Shown one piece after another: positions 35,819 through 47,648 of a stretch of 64,000 bases of DNA (its first letter is position 1; each line of letters opens with the position of its first letter). Origin of the DNA: Squalus acanthias (Eukaryota); assembly GCA_030390025.1 (NCBI GenBank), contig JASTWF010000035.1, forward strand, positions 3,844,001-3,908,000, given 5' to 3'. The translations under genes and the position numbers were made by a program. Under the pieces are notes generated by a model. That model had not been told where the DNA came from, made no database searches, and was given only the letters and a program-made list of their open reading frames with translations.

Positions 35819-37399
35819 TGTGTACCCCTGGGCAGTGAGTGTACCGCTGGACAGTGAGTATACACCTCGGCAGTGAGTGTACCCCCTGGTCAGTGAGTGT
35901 ACCCCCTGGTCAGTGAGTGTACCCCCTGGGCAGTGAGTGTACCCCCTGGGCAGTGAGTGTACCCCCGGGCAGTGAGTGTACCCCTGGGCAGTGAGTGCCC
36001 CCCTGGGCAGTGAGGTTCCCCCCAGGCAGTGAATGTGCCCCTGGGCAGTGAGTGTACCCCTGGGCAGTGAGTATACCCCTGGGCAGAGAGTGTACCCCCT
36101 GGGCAGTGAGTGTACCCCCTGGGCAGTGAGTGTACCCCCCTGGGCAGTGAGTGTAACCCCTGGGCAGTGAGTGTACCCCCTGGGCAGTGAGAATACCCCT
36201 CAGCAGTGAGTGTACCCCCTGGTCAGTGAGTGTACCCACTGGACAGTGGGTGCCCCCCTGGGCAGTGAGTGTCCCCCTGGGCAGTATGTGTCCCCCCTGG
36301 GCAGTGAGTGTACCCCCTGGGTAGTGAGAGTACCCCCTGGACAGTGAGAATACCCCTCGGCAGTGTGTGTACCCCATGGACAGTGAGTGTACCCCCTGGG
36401 CAGTGAGAATACCCCTGGGCAGTGATTGTATCCCCTGGACAATGAGTGTACCCCCGGTCAGTGAGTGTACCCCCCCGGCAGTGAGTGTACCCCTGGAAAG
36501 TTATTATACACCCTGGGCATTGAATGTTCCCCTGGGCAGTGAGTGTACCCTCTGGGCAATGAGTGTCTCCCCCCCGCTGTACAGTGAGTATACCCCCCGG
36601 CAGTGAGTGTACCCCTGGGCAGTGAGTGTACCCCCTGAGCAGTGTGAATTCCCCTCGGCAGTGATTGTATCCCCTGGAAAATGAGTGTATCCCCGGGCAC
36701 TGTGTGTACCCCCGGTCAGTGAGTGTACCCCTGGAAAGTGAGTATACACCCTGGGCAGTGAGTGTACCCCTGGACAGTGAGTGTATCCCCTGGGCAGTGA
36801 GTGTACCTCTGGGCAGTGAGTGTATCCCCTGGGCAGTGAGTGTACCTCTGGGCAGTGAATGTACCCCGCCGGGCAATGAGTGTCTCCCATGTACAGTGAG
36901 TATATCCCCCAGCAGTGAGTGTACCCCTGGACAGTGAGTGTACCCCTGGGCAGTGAGTGAACCCGCGGGCAGTGAGTGAACCCCCCGGGCAGTGAGTGTA
37001 CCCCTGGGCAGTGAGTGTACCCCCCGGGCAGTGAGTGTACCCCCTGGACAGTGAGTGTCCCCCTGGGCAGTGTTTCCCCCCTGGGCAGTGAGTGTACCCA
37101 CTGGGCAGTGAGTGTACCCACTGGATAGTGAGTGTACCCCATGGGCAGTGAGTGTACCCCTGGGGCAGTCAGTGTACCCCTGGGCAGTGGGTGTACCCCC
37201 TGGGCAGTGGGTGTACCCCCTGGGCAGTGAGTGTACCCCATGGGCAGAGAGTATACCCCATGGGCAGTGAGTGTACCTCTGGGCAGTGAGTGCACCCCCT
37301 GCGCAGTGAATGTACCCCCTGGTCAGTGAGTATCCCCCTGGACAGTGAGTGTACCCACTGGATAGTGAGTGTACCCCCTGGGCAGTGAGTGTACCCCAT
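35819..37399. repeat. About 21-22-bp minisatellite, about 1.6 kb
   Basis: Unit GTGTACCCC(C)TGGGCAGTGA with a variable C run. Confidence 0.95.
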
Positions 37400-37868
37400 G
37401 ACGTGATCCGGACTCGAGTCGTCGTTGGCTTATTCACAGATGTGATTCCCAGTAAAAAAGTAAAAATTTTCCCAGTAAAAAAGTTAAAAATTTTAAAGCT
37501 TTTCGTTTTACATACAGACGGCAGCTTTTGACACGTTAGACCCCCTGCGACTCCACCTCATTGTCTCAGTTGTATCTTGCTATGTCTTTAATGTGGTACC
37601 TTCCTGGCTGACCTGATTAACTTTATCACACCTCGGCAGATAGTCAGGATGATTTAATTTAGTTGTCTGCAATTGTAAGGTACACATGCTTTGTTGTCTA
37701 TCTATATATGCTTTGGCGATTCTGTATCTATTTACTTCACCTGAGGAAGGGGCAATCGATAGCTCCGAAAGCTTGTGATTTCAAATAAAACTGTTGGACT
37801 ATAACCTGGTGTTGTGCGACCTCTCAATTTTGTCCACCCCAGTCCAACACCGGCATCTCCGCATCATG
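37400..37868 (+). mobile_element. Penelope 3'UTR/pseudo-LTR relic, related to the 24996-26660 element
   Basis: Shares GACACGTT.GACCCCCTG and CTGTTGGACTATAACCTGGTGTTGTGCGAC with the reverse complement of 25000-25215. Confidence 0.8.
37737..37778 (+). ncRNA. Minimal hammerhead-ribozyme-like motif
   Basis: UCAC-CUGAGGA-A-GGGGC-AAUCGAUA-GCUCC-GAAA-GCUU-GUGA. Confidence 0.7.
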
Positions 37869-39335
37869 ACCACAGGAGAGGTGCCAGAGGACTGGAGGAC
37901 AGCTAACGTAGTAGCATTGTTCAAGAAGGGTAGTAGGGGTAAACCAGGGAATTACAGGCCAGTGAGCCTAACATCAGTGGTAGGGAAATTATTGGAAAAA
38001 ATTCTGAGGGACAGAATTAGTCTCCACTTGGAGAGGCAAGGATTAATCAAGGATAGTCAGCATGGCTTTGTCAGGGGGAGATCATGTCTAACCAATTTGA
38101 TTGAATTTTTCGAGGGGGTGACTAGGTGTGTGGATGAGGGTAGTGCAGTTGATGTAGTCTACATGGACTTCAGTAAGGCTTCTGACAAAGTCCCACATGG
38201 GAGACTCGTCAAGAAGGTAAGAGCCCATGGTATCCAGGGCAATTTGGCACATTGGATCCAAAATTGGCTTAGTGGCAGGAGGCAGAGGGTGATGGTCGAA
38301 GGTTGTTTTTGTGACTGGAAGCCTGTGTCCAGTGGTGTACCGCAGGGATCGGTGCTGGGTCCTTTGCTGTTTGTAGTGTACATTAATGATTTAGATATGA
38401 ATGTTGGAGGTATGATCAGTAAGTTCGCAGATGACACGAAAATTGGTGGAGTGGTAAATAGCGAGGTGGGAAGCCTCAGGCTACAGGACGATATAGACGG
38501 GATGGTTAGATGGGCAGAACAGTGGCAAATGGAATTTATCCCTGAAAAGTGTGAGGTGATGCATTTCGGGAGGACAAACAAGGCAAGGGAATACACAATG
38601 AATGGTAGGACCCTAGGAAGGACAGAGGATCAGAGGGACCTTGGTGTGTATGTACATAGATCCCTGAAGGCAGCAGGACAGGTAGATAAGGTGGTTAAAA
38701 AGGCATATGGGGTACTTGCCTTCATTAGCCGAGGCATAGAATATAAGAGCAGGGAGATTATGATGGAGCTGTACAAAACGCTAGTTCGGCCACAGCTGGA
38801 ATACTGTGTGCAGTTCTGGTCACCACACTATAGGAGGGATGTGATTGCATTGGAGAGGGTGCAGAGGAGATTCACCAGGATGTTACCTGGGCTGGAGTGC
38901 TTCAGCTATGAAGAGAGACTGGACAGGCTGGGGTTGTTTTCCTTAGAGCAGAGAAGGCTGAGGGGGGACCTGATTGAGGTGTACAAAATTATGAGGGGCA
39001 TAGATAGGGTAGATAGAAAGGCACTTTTCCCCTTAGTAGAGGGGTCAATAACCAGGGGGCATAGTTTCAAGGTAAGGGGCAGGAGGTTTAGAGGGGATTT
39101 GAGGAAAAACTTTTTCACCCAGAGGGTGGTTGGAATCTGGAACTTGCTGCCTGAAAGGGTGGTAGAGGCAGGAACCCTCACAACATTCAAGAAGCATTTA
39201 GATGAGCACTTGAAATGCCATAGCATACAAGGCTACGGACCAAGTGCTGGAAAATGGGATTAGAATAGACAGGGCTTGATGGCCGGCGCGGACACGATGG
39301 GCCGAAGGGCCTCTTTCTGTGCTGTATGACTCTAT
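37869..39335 (+). mobile_element. 5'-truncated CR1 with an open RT frame
   Basis: ORF 37794..39263 ([12 protein letters not shown]) and a TATGACTC tail; same family as 52963-56770. Confidence 0.92.
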
Positions 39336-39864
39336 GGGCTGGATTTTGAAACTGGAGTCGGGTTGGGGTCGTGAATCACACATTCTGGCTTGTGAACCCG
39401 CCTCCATCGAGAGGTGGCCAACCCACTGTATTTTCCCTTGATTGACCTTGTTGAGCCCGCCCAGTGGGCTCAGCAGGCCAATTAAGGGCCACCCGGCAAC
39501 AGGTGACGTCACAGATTGACATTTCATCTGTCAAGAGCTTTTGACAGATGAAGGGCTGGATTTGCAATGACCCGTGGAGTCGGGTTTGGAGGCGGGGGGG
39601 TGGAGGGGGGGTGGGGGTGGTTAAAGTTGCAGATTCGGGTGTCCCGACCCCATCCCGACTCCAACCCGTATCCATGCCAGTTTCTCTGGCGGCGGGTACC
39701 TGACCTGTTCTGAGACCCGACTCCCCGAGGCGGGATGGGATTAGTGACAATTAACTGCCTGTTAACAGGTAGTTAACAGGCAGTTTTTTGCATAATCCCT
39801 ATTTTAAAAAGAAAAATGTGGGCTTCCCGACAGGTGGCAACCACTCCAAGTTATCGGGGCGGGT
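39336..39864. mobile_element. Harbinger-type MITE pieces (left end, then the opposite end in reverse orientation)
   Basis: GGGCTGGATTT starts at 39336 and 39553; the pieces match 41432-41650 directly and about 42000-42262 in reverse. Confidence 0.65.
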
Positions 39865-41040
39865 CGCGGAGGGAGCGGTCCCTGCGGAATGCTGAAAGGG
39901 GAGGTGAGGGGAAGATGCATTTGGTGGTGGGATCACGCTGGAGGTGGCGGAAATGGCGGAGGATGATCCGTTGAATGTGGAGGCTGGTGGGTAGAAAGGT
40001 GAGGACAAGGGGAACTCTATCGTGGTTCCGGGAGGGAGGGGTAGGGGTGAGGGCAGAAGTGCGGGAGATAGAACGGACACGGTCGAGGGCCGTATCAACC
40101 ACAGTAGAGGGGAATCCTCGGTTGAGGAAAAAGGAAGACATGTCGGAAGCACTGGTATGGAAGGTGGCATCGTCAGAGCAGATGCGGCGGAGATGGAGAA
40201 ACTGGGAGAATGGAATAGAGTCCTTACAGGAGGCGGGGTGGGAGGAAGTGTAGTCCAGGTAGCTGTGGGAGTGAGTGGGCTTGTAGTGAATGTTAGTCAA
40301 TAACCTATCCCCAGAGATGGAGACGGAGAAGTCGAGGAAGGGAAGGGAAGAGTCGGAGATGGACCATGTGAAGGTGAGGGAAGGGTGGAAATTGGAAGCA
40401 TAGTGAATGAAATTTTCTAGTTCAGGGCGAGAGCAGGAGACGGCACCGATACAGTCATCAATGTACCGGAAAAAGAGGTGAGGGAGGGGACTGGAACAAA
40501 GAGTGTTCCACATATCCCACGAAAAGGCAGGCATAGCTAGGACCCATGCGGGTACCCATAGCAACACCTTTGATTTGGAGGAAATGAGTGGAGTCAGAGG
40601 AGAAGTTGTTCAATGTGAGAACAAGTTCAGCCAGGCGGAGGAGGGTGGTGGTGGATGGGGACTGGTTGGGCCTCTGTTCAAGGAAGAAGTGGAGCGCCCT
40701 CAGGCCATCCTGGTGGGGGATGGAGCTGTAGAGGGATTGTACGTCCATAGTGAAAAGGAAGCGGTTGGGGCCGGGAAACTGGAAACTGTCTCTTAATCTC
40801 TCCTGCTTTCTATCCTATCACTGACCTTCCCTTTTGTTCTTTCATCCCCTCCCCCTTTTCCCAGCCCTAAACTTGGTTTAAAATCTATTTCATTTCCTGC
40901 TTTTTTCCAGTTCTGATGAAAGGTCTTCGACCTGAAACGTTAACTCTGTTTCTCTCTCCATGGATGCTGCCTGGCCTGCTGAGTTTTTCCAGCATTTTCT
41001 GTTGTTATTTTGCATTTCCAGCATCCGCAGTATTTTGCTA
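39865..41040 (-). mobile_element. Penelope RT fragment with an inverted pseudo-LTR (about 40795-41040) at its 5' side
   Basis: ORFs 40458..40748 (DVQSLYSSIPH, GVAMG) and 39851..40567 (YIDD, FLD, YKPT); plus-strand pLTR similar to the reverse of 14790-14960. Confidence 0.88.
40909..40945 (+). ncRNA. Minimal hammerhead-ribozyme-like motif
   Basis: AGUU-CUGAUGA-A-AGGUC-UUC-GACCU-GAAA-CGUU-AACU. Confidence 0.72.
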
Positions 41041-41045
41041 TCGTA

Positions 41046-41431
41046 TTGGAGAAGCTGGATTTGTTTTCATTCGAGCAAAGGAGGTTGAGGGGTGATTTGA
41101 TGGAGGTGTACAAGATTATGATGGGTTTGGATAGGCTAGATGGGGAAAGGCTGTTCCCACTAGTTGATGGTACAAGGACTAGGGGACACAGATTTAAGGT
41201 TTTGGGCAAGAGATACAGGGGGGATGTGAGGAAAAACTTTTTTACGCAGCGAGTGGTGAGGACCTGGAACTCGCTGCCAACGGAAGTGGTGGAAGCGGAG
41301 ACACTCAATGTTTTCAAGAGGAGACTGGATAGGCACTTGAGGTAAAAAATTTGCAGGGCTACGGGGATAGAGCGGGGGAATGGGACGGACTCGATGGGAT
41401 GAATCGCCTCCTTCTGTGCCATTAAGACTCT
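41046..41431 (+). mobile_element. CR1 3' fragment
   Basis: ORF 41010..41345; same family as 1913-2411. Confidence 0.88.
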
Positions 41432-42264
41432 GGACTGGATTTTGTCAATGGGGAGCTTTTGGAGGCGGGACTCCCAGTTGTCGAGTTTTAGGCCCGCCTC
41501 CATCGACTTGTGGCCAACCCACGCTATTTTCCCTTGATTGACCTTGTGAAGCCCGCCTAGCGGGCCGAGCAGGCCATTTAAGGGAAAGCCGGTTACAGGT
41601 GACGTCAACGAGTGATGTTTCATCTGTCAAGAGCTTTTGACAGATGAAATGTCATCGTTTGACAGCTCTGTGAAGCTGTCAAACACTGACAATCTGTCTT
41701 TTAAGTTGAGTCTTTACTCAAGACTAGATTAGAAAGCCTTTCTGAGCAGAAAGCAGAAGGCTGCAGCTTTTGACAGTTCAACGGCCATTATGCTTTCTGT
41801 GCCGGTGAGCTGAGGGACTCCCGAGACCTGAAGGGAGGAAGCCTGGAGGAAGAAATAAAGGTAAGTAAAACTTATTAAAACACTTTACACTCACCTCACA
41901 CACTTACCTCTGCACACATGCACCCATCACTCACCTGCACACCGGACATCTCGGCCCCTCCGACCCCCGCAGTCCGACGGCCTGCCTCGCTGACCCTGGC
42001 GAGGTTCGGAGCCGTCGGGAAGCCCACACTTCAGGGCTCAAAATAGGGATTAGCCAAAAAAACTGCCTGTTAATTACCTGTTAACAGGCAGTTAATTGGC
42101 ACTAATCCCTTCCCGCCTCGAGGAGATGGGACCCGGCGCGGATCAGGTACCCGCCTCCTGGGAAGATGGCACGAAGGCGGGATGGGCACCCGCCCCCAGA
42201 TTCTGCCATTTTCCCGGTAGTCCAGCCTCCAAACACGCCTCCCCAGGGCTGGCAAAATCACCCC
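41432..42264. mobile_element. Harbinger-type non-autonomous element inserted in a CR1 tail
   Basis: Imperfect TIRs GGACTGGATTTTGTCA / TGGCAAAATCACCCC; the CR1 TATGACTC tail resumes at about 42266; internal palindromes. Confidence 0.65.
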
Positions 42265-42349
42265 CTATGACTCTGACCTGACCTGAGCTGTTAGTTTGCG
42301 GCTCTAAGGCTCTCCCCTCCCCTCATTGGCCCTTCCCCTCTAATCATCG

Positions 42350-42412
42350 ATGTCCCACACCCCAGGGTTGAACACTCGGCCGGTTTCGTCCCCCGAATCC
42401 TTTCCCCAACTG
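42350..42412 (+). pseudogene. Putative first exon of the SLC30A-like gene
   Basis: ATG at 42350, donor CTG|GTGAGT at 42413, phase 0 and in frame with the next exon; GC-rich context with ATTGG upstream; no recognisable homology. Confidence 0.35.
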
Positions 42413-42576
42413 GTGAGTTGTCTCCGAGTGCCAAATCAGCTGGTTGGCTGGGTGCTAATGAGGCCCGGGCACCCGATGGGTCCGCCGCCCGCCCGATTAC
42501 CACAGCGGGCTCAATCGGCCCCAGCAATATGAGAGAGTCCTCACGGTTGGTTTCTGATCCTTGTGTTGACCCCCAG

Positions 42577-42832
42577 AGCTCGAGTGTTAGAAATAAACTG
42601 AGAGATGATCACTCAGACCGAATCCACTATCAACCTTTGCTATCCCACTGCTCATCCTTTCAACATCCAAAACTGGAACTGGAGATAAACATCCCACCTG
42701 AGACTGTCCGCGAATCCAGCTGTTAAAATAAAAAGGCTCATGAACAGAAGCAAATAGAGCAACATCAAGCTAAAAGGAGACTTTGGATAGCTTTGGTCAT
42801 CTGTATAATATTTATGATCGGAGAACCGGTTG
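42577..42832 (+). pseudogene. Exon of an SLC30A (ZnT2/3/4/8-clade) zinc transporter, N-terminus to TM1, with an in-frame TAA
   Basis: Acceptor ..GACCCCCAG|, frame SSSVRNKLRDD..SSC*NKKAHEQKQIEQHQAKRRLWIALVICIIFMIGEPV-G, phase-1 donor G|GTGAGT; resembles ZnT TM1 (RLTIAAVLYLLFMIGELVG / QLYVASAICLLFMIGEVVG). Confidence 0.75.
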
Positions 42833-42850
42833 GTGAGTATATTAATCCTG

Positions 42851-45575
42851 TGGGGGTGTCAGGGTCAGGTGTGACCTCAGTCACTGGAGGGTCGGGGTCA
42901 GATGTGACCTCAGTCACTGGAGGGTCAGGGTCAGGTGTGACCACAGTCACTGGAGGGTCGGGGTCAGATGTGACCTCAGTCACTGGGGGATCGGGGTCAG
43001 GTGTGACCACAGTCACTGGGGGGGTCGGGGTCAGGTGTGACCACAGTCACTGGAGGGTCGGGGTCAGATGTGACCTCAGTCACTGGTGGGTCGGGGTCAG
43101 GTGTGACCACAGTCACTGGAGGGTCGGGGTCAGGTGTGATCTCAGTTACTGGAGGGTCGGGGTCAGGTGTGACCACAGTCACTGGAGGGTCGGGGTCAGA
43201 TGTGACCTCAGTCACTGGTGGGTCGGGGTCAGGTGTGACCACAGTCACTGGAGGGTCGGGGTCAGGTGTGATCTCAGTTACTGGAGGGTTGGGGTCAGGT
43301 GTGACCACAGTCACTGGAGGGTTGGGGTCAGGTGTGACCACAGTCACTGGGGGATCGGGGTCAGATGTGACCACAGTCACTGTGGGGTCGGGGTCAGGTG
43401 TGACCACAGTCACTGGAGGGTTGGGGTCAGGTGTGACCACAGTCACTGGGGGGGTCGGGGTCAGATGTGACCACAGTCACTGGAGGGTTGGGGTCAGGTG
43501 TGATCTCAGTCACTGGGGGGGTCGGGGTCAGGTGTGACCTCAGTCACTGGGGGGACGGGGTCAGGTGTGAACACAGTCACTGGGGGGGTCGGGGTCAGGT
43601 GTGACCTCAGTCACTGGAGGGTCGGGGTCAGGTGTGACATCAGTCACTGGGGGGACGGGGTCAGCACTGGGGGGTCGGAGTCAGGTGTGACGTCAGTCAC
43701 TGGGGGGTCGGGGTCAGGTGTGACCTCAGTCACTGGGGGATGGGTTCGGATGTGACCTCAGTCACTGGAGGGTCGGGGTCAGGTGTGACCTCAGTCACTG
43801 GGGGGGTCGGGGTCAGGTGTGACCTCAGTCACTGGGGGGGTCGGGGTCAGATGTGACCACAGTCACTGTGGGGTCGTGGTCAGGTGTGACCTCAGTCACT
43901 GGGGGGTCGAGGTCGGGTGTGACCTCAATCACTGGGGGGTCGGGGTCAGGTGTGACCTCTGTCACTGGGGGGTCAGGTGAGACCTCAGTCACTGGGGGGT
44001 CGGGGTCGGGTGTGACCTCAGTTACTGGAGGGTCGGGGTCAGGTGTGACCTCAGTCACTGGGGGGTCGGGGTCAGGTGTGACGTCAGTCACTGGGGGGTC
44101 GGGGTCAGGTGTGATCTCAGTAACTCGGGGGTCGAGGTCAGGTGTGACCTCAGTTACTGGGGGGGTCGGAGTCAGGTGTGACCTCAGTCACTGGGGGGTC
44201 AGGTGAGACCTCAGTCACTGGGGGGTCGGGGTCAGGTGTGACCTCAGTTACTGGGGGGTCGGGGTCAGGTGTGACCTCAGTCACTGGGGGGTCAGGTGTG
44301 ACCTCAGTCACTGGGGGGTTGGGGTCGGGTGTGACCTCAATCACTGGGGGGGTCGGAGTCAGGTGTGACCTCAGTCACTGGGGGGTCGGGGTCAGGTGTG
44401 ACCTCAGTCACTGGGGGGTCGGGGTCAGGTGTGACCTCAGTCACTGGGGGTGGGGTCAGCTGTGACCTCAGTCACTGGGGGGTCGGGGTCAGGTGTGACC
44501 TCAGTCATTGGGGGGTCAGGGTCGGGGTCCGGTGTGACCTCTGTCACTGGGGGGTCAGGTGTGACCTCAGTCACTGGGGGGTCAGGGTCAGGTGTGACCT
44601 CAGTCACTGGGGGACGGGGTCAGGTGTGACCACAGTCACTGGGGGGGTCGAAGTCAGGTGTGACCTCAGTCACTGGGGGGTCGGGTGTGACCTGTGTCAC
44701 GGGGGGACGGGGTCAGGTGTGACCTCAGTCATTGGGGGAAGGGCTCAGGTGTGACGTCAGTCAGAGGGGGTCGGTGTCAGGTGTGACCTCAGTCACTAGG
44801 GGGAGGGGTCAGGTGTGACCTCTGTCACTGGGGGGTTCGGGGTCAGGTGTGACCACAGTCACTGGGGGGTCGGGGTCAGGTGTGACCTCAGTCACTGGGG
44901 GGACGGGGTCAGGTGTGACCTCAGTCATTGGGGGGACGGGGTCAGGTGTGACCACAGTCACTGGGGGAAGGGCTCAGGTGTGACGTCAGTCACAGGGGGT
45001 CGGTGTCAGGTGTGACCTCAGTCACTAGGGGGAGGGGTCAGGTGTGACCTCTGTCACTGGGGGGTTCGGGGTCAGGTGTGACCTCAGTCACTGGGGGGTC
45101 AGGTGTGACCTCAGTCACTGGGGGGTCGGGGTCAGGTGTGACCTCAGTCACTGGGGGGTCGGGGTCAGGTGTGACCTCAGTCACTGGGGGGTCGGGGTCA
45201 GGTGTGACCTCAGCCACTGGGGGGTCGTGGTCAGGTGTGACCTCAGTCACTGGGGGGGTCGGGGTCAGGTGTGACCTCAGCCACTGGGGGGTCGGGGTCA
45301 GGTGTGACCTCAGTCACTGGAGGGTCGGGGTCAGGTGTGACCTCAGTCACTGGGGGGTCGGGGTCAGGTGTGACCTCAGTCACTGGGGGGTCGGGGTCAG
45401 GTGTGACCTCAGTCACTGGGGGTTCAGGGTCAGGTGTGACCTCAGTCACTGGGGGGTCGGGGTCAGGTGTGACCTCAGTCACTGGGGGTTCAGGGTCAGG
45501 TGTGACCTCAGTCACTGGGGGGGTCGTGGTGAGGTGTCAGATGTGACCTCAGTCACTGTGGGAGGGGTCAGGTGT
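42851..45575. repeat. About 33-34-bp G-rich minisatellite, about 2.7 kb
   Basis: Unit GGGTCGGGGTCAGGTGTGACCTCAGTCACTGG(G). Confidence 0.97.
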
Positions 45576-45638
45576 CTGAATGCGCTTCAGAAGTGTGATG
45601 TCATATCTGCGATAATTATATGCACATTTGTTTTGCAC

Positions 45639-45671
<33 letters not shown>

Positions 45672-45924
45672 ACTGCTAACAATGTTTGCCTTGCTCTGCT
45701 GTGCAACCTTCATTTTCCATCCTGCCTACTTTGCTGTGCTCCCACCCTGTGCCTCCCTGGATTCGGTTTAGAAAATATGGTCACCCTATTCTTAACTGCA
45801 TTATCAACTTGCCCTGCCACCTTCAAAGATTTGTGAATATGCACCCCAGTTTCCGCTGCTCTTGCAACCCACTCAAAATAATTTAACTTAGATTAGACTG
45901 CATCTCCATGTTGTTCAGAATGTT

Positions 45925-47385
45925 CTGCTTTCTGAAATGTGTTCAGGAGAATTTCCTTGACCAGTATGTTCTTGGCCCAACTAGGAAGGAGGCATTGCTG
46001 GATCTGGTGCTGGGAAATGAGGTGGGCCAGGTCGACCAAGTGTCTGTGGGAGAACACTTGGGTACAAGTGATCATCGTATCATAAGATTTAGATTAGCAA
46101 TGGAGAGGAGCAAGGAACAATCTAGAGTGGAACTTCTAAACTGGAACAGGGCTAACTTCAATGGGATGCGAAAGGATCTAGCCAGGAAAAACTGTAACGG
46201 AACAATGGGTGATCTTTAATGAGAAGATGTTCCAAGTACAGGCTAGGTACATTCCAATAAGAGGTAAGGGTAAGGGAACCAAAGCAAGGGCTCCTTGGAT
46301 GATGAGGGAGATAGAGAAGATGATGAAACAAAAAAAGAGGGTGTATGATGCATGTCAGGTGAATTCTTCAAGGGAGAACCAGACCAAAAACAATAAGTTG
46401 AGAGGGGAAGTGAAGATAAAAATAAGATTGGCAAAGAAAGAATATGAGAGTAGAATGGCGGTTAACATAAAAGGTAACCCAAAAATCTTCTACCAGCACA
46501 TAAACAGTAAGCGGGTAGTAAGAGGCAGGGTGGGGCCTATTAGCTACAAAGAAGGTGATATATGCTTAGAGGCAAAGGGCAAGGCTAGAATACTCAATGA
46601 GTACTTTGTATCAGTGTTTACTAAGGTGGTGGAAGCTGACAAAATATCAGTAGAAGTGGAAAAGGTAGAAGCAATGGAAGGGATGAAAATTGATTGATAG
46701 GCTGTACTAGAAAGGCTGGGTATACTTAGAGTGGTCAAGTCGCCTGGTCCAGATGGCTTGCATCCTAAGTTGCTAAGGGAATTGGGGGAGGAGATAGCGG
46801 AAGGGCTTGCCATAATTTTCCAATTTTCGCTAGATGCGGGGGAGGTGCCTGAGGATTGGAAAGTGGCAAATGTGACACCATTGTTCAAGAAAGGGTGTAA
46901 GGACAATCCTAGTAACTACAAGTCAGTCAGTTGAACATCAGTGGTGGGTAAAGTTTTAGAAACAATAATCAAGGAAATATTTAACGGGCACTTGGAGAGG
47001 TTTAGGCTAGTTAAGGAGAGCCAACACAGATTTGTAAAAGGCAGATCGTGTTTGACTAATCTAATTGAATTTTTTGATGAAGTAACAGAGAGGATTGATG
47101 AAGGGAATGCAATGGATGTTGTCTACATGGATTTTTGGAAGGCGTTTGACAAAGTAACAAAATTGAGGCTCATGGAATAGGTGGGTCAGTGGCAGCTTGG
47201 ATAAGGAATTGGCTTAAGGACAGAAAACAGCGAATTGTGATAAATGGCTGTTTTTCAGATTGGAGGATGGTAGACAGTGGTGTCCCCCAAGGGTCAGTGC
47301 TTGGGCCACTGCTTTTTTTGATATATATAAATGACCTGGATATTGGAATGGCCTACTCCTGCTCTTATTTCTTATGTTCTTATGT
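45925..47385 (+). mobile_element. Decayed CR1 ORF2 with internal deletions
   Basis: ORFs 45908..46219, 46209..46697, 46731..46934, 46941..47180 and 47189..47431. Confidence 0.85.
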
Positions 47386-47648
47386 TTTTAGTTGCTTCTC
47401 TATCTCCTTCTCATTATTTGGGAATCTATAGTTAACACCCTGCAATGTAAATGCTTCTTTTCTGTTCCTTAACTCTACCGAAATAGATTCAGTATTTGAA
47501 CCCTCTAATATATCGTCCCTCTGTGGAACTTTAATATTATCCTTAATCAATACTGCCAACAACCTCGCCCGCCCCCACCACCCTCTGTCTTTTTTACCTT
47601 CCCTATCCCTTCTGAATACATTGTAGACAGGAACTTTTTAGTGGTCAG

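Larger units (their letters stand above)
28070..35820 (+). mobile_element. Full-length CR1 LINE (5'UTR, ORF1, ORF2, tail) split in the inter-ORF spacer by a second CR1
   Basis: ORF1 28335-29277; the spacer breaks at 29408 and resumes at 32877 with an 8-bp TSD TGGTCACA; ORF2 32939-35746; tail to 35820. Confidence 0.92.

Noticed and set aside
35819..37437. Long ORFs (up to 404 aa) and CRISPR-like periodicity
   Set aside because: A simple minisatellite with no unique spacers; the ORFs are stop-poor repeat translations with frequent frame slips
42793..45644. Gly/Ser/Thr-rich or PDP-repeat proteins; estrogen-response-element array
   Set aside because: These are minisatellite translations downstream of a splice donor; the GGGTCA-n4-TGACCT spacing is 4, not the ERE spacing of 3
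45644..45780. Possible decayed next ZnT exon after TTGTAG (faint Y..N and PT...FG resemblance)
   Set aside because: Lacks the SLAxMTDAxH motif and needs frameshifts; indistinguishable from chance by eye
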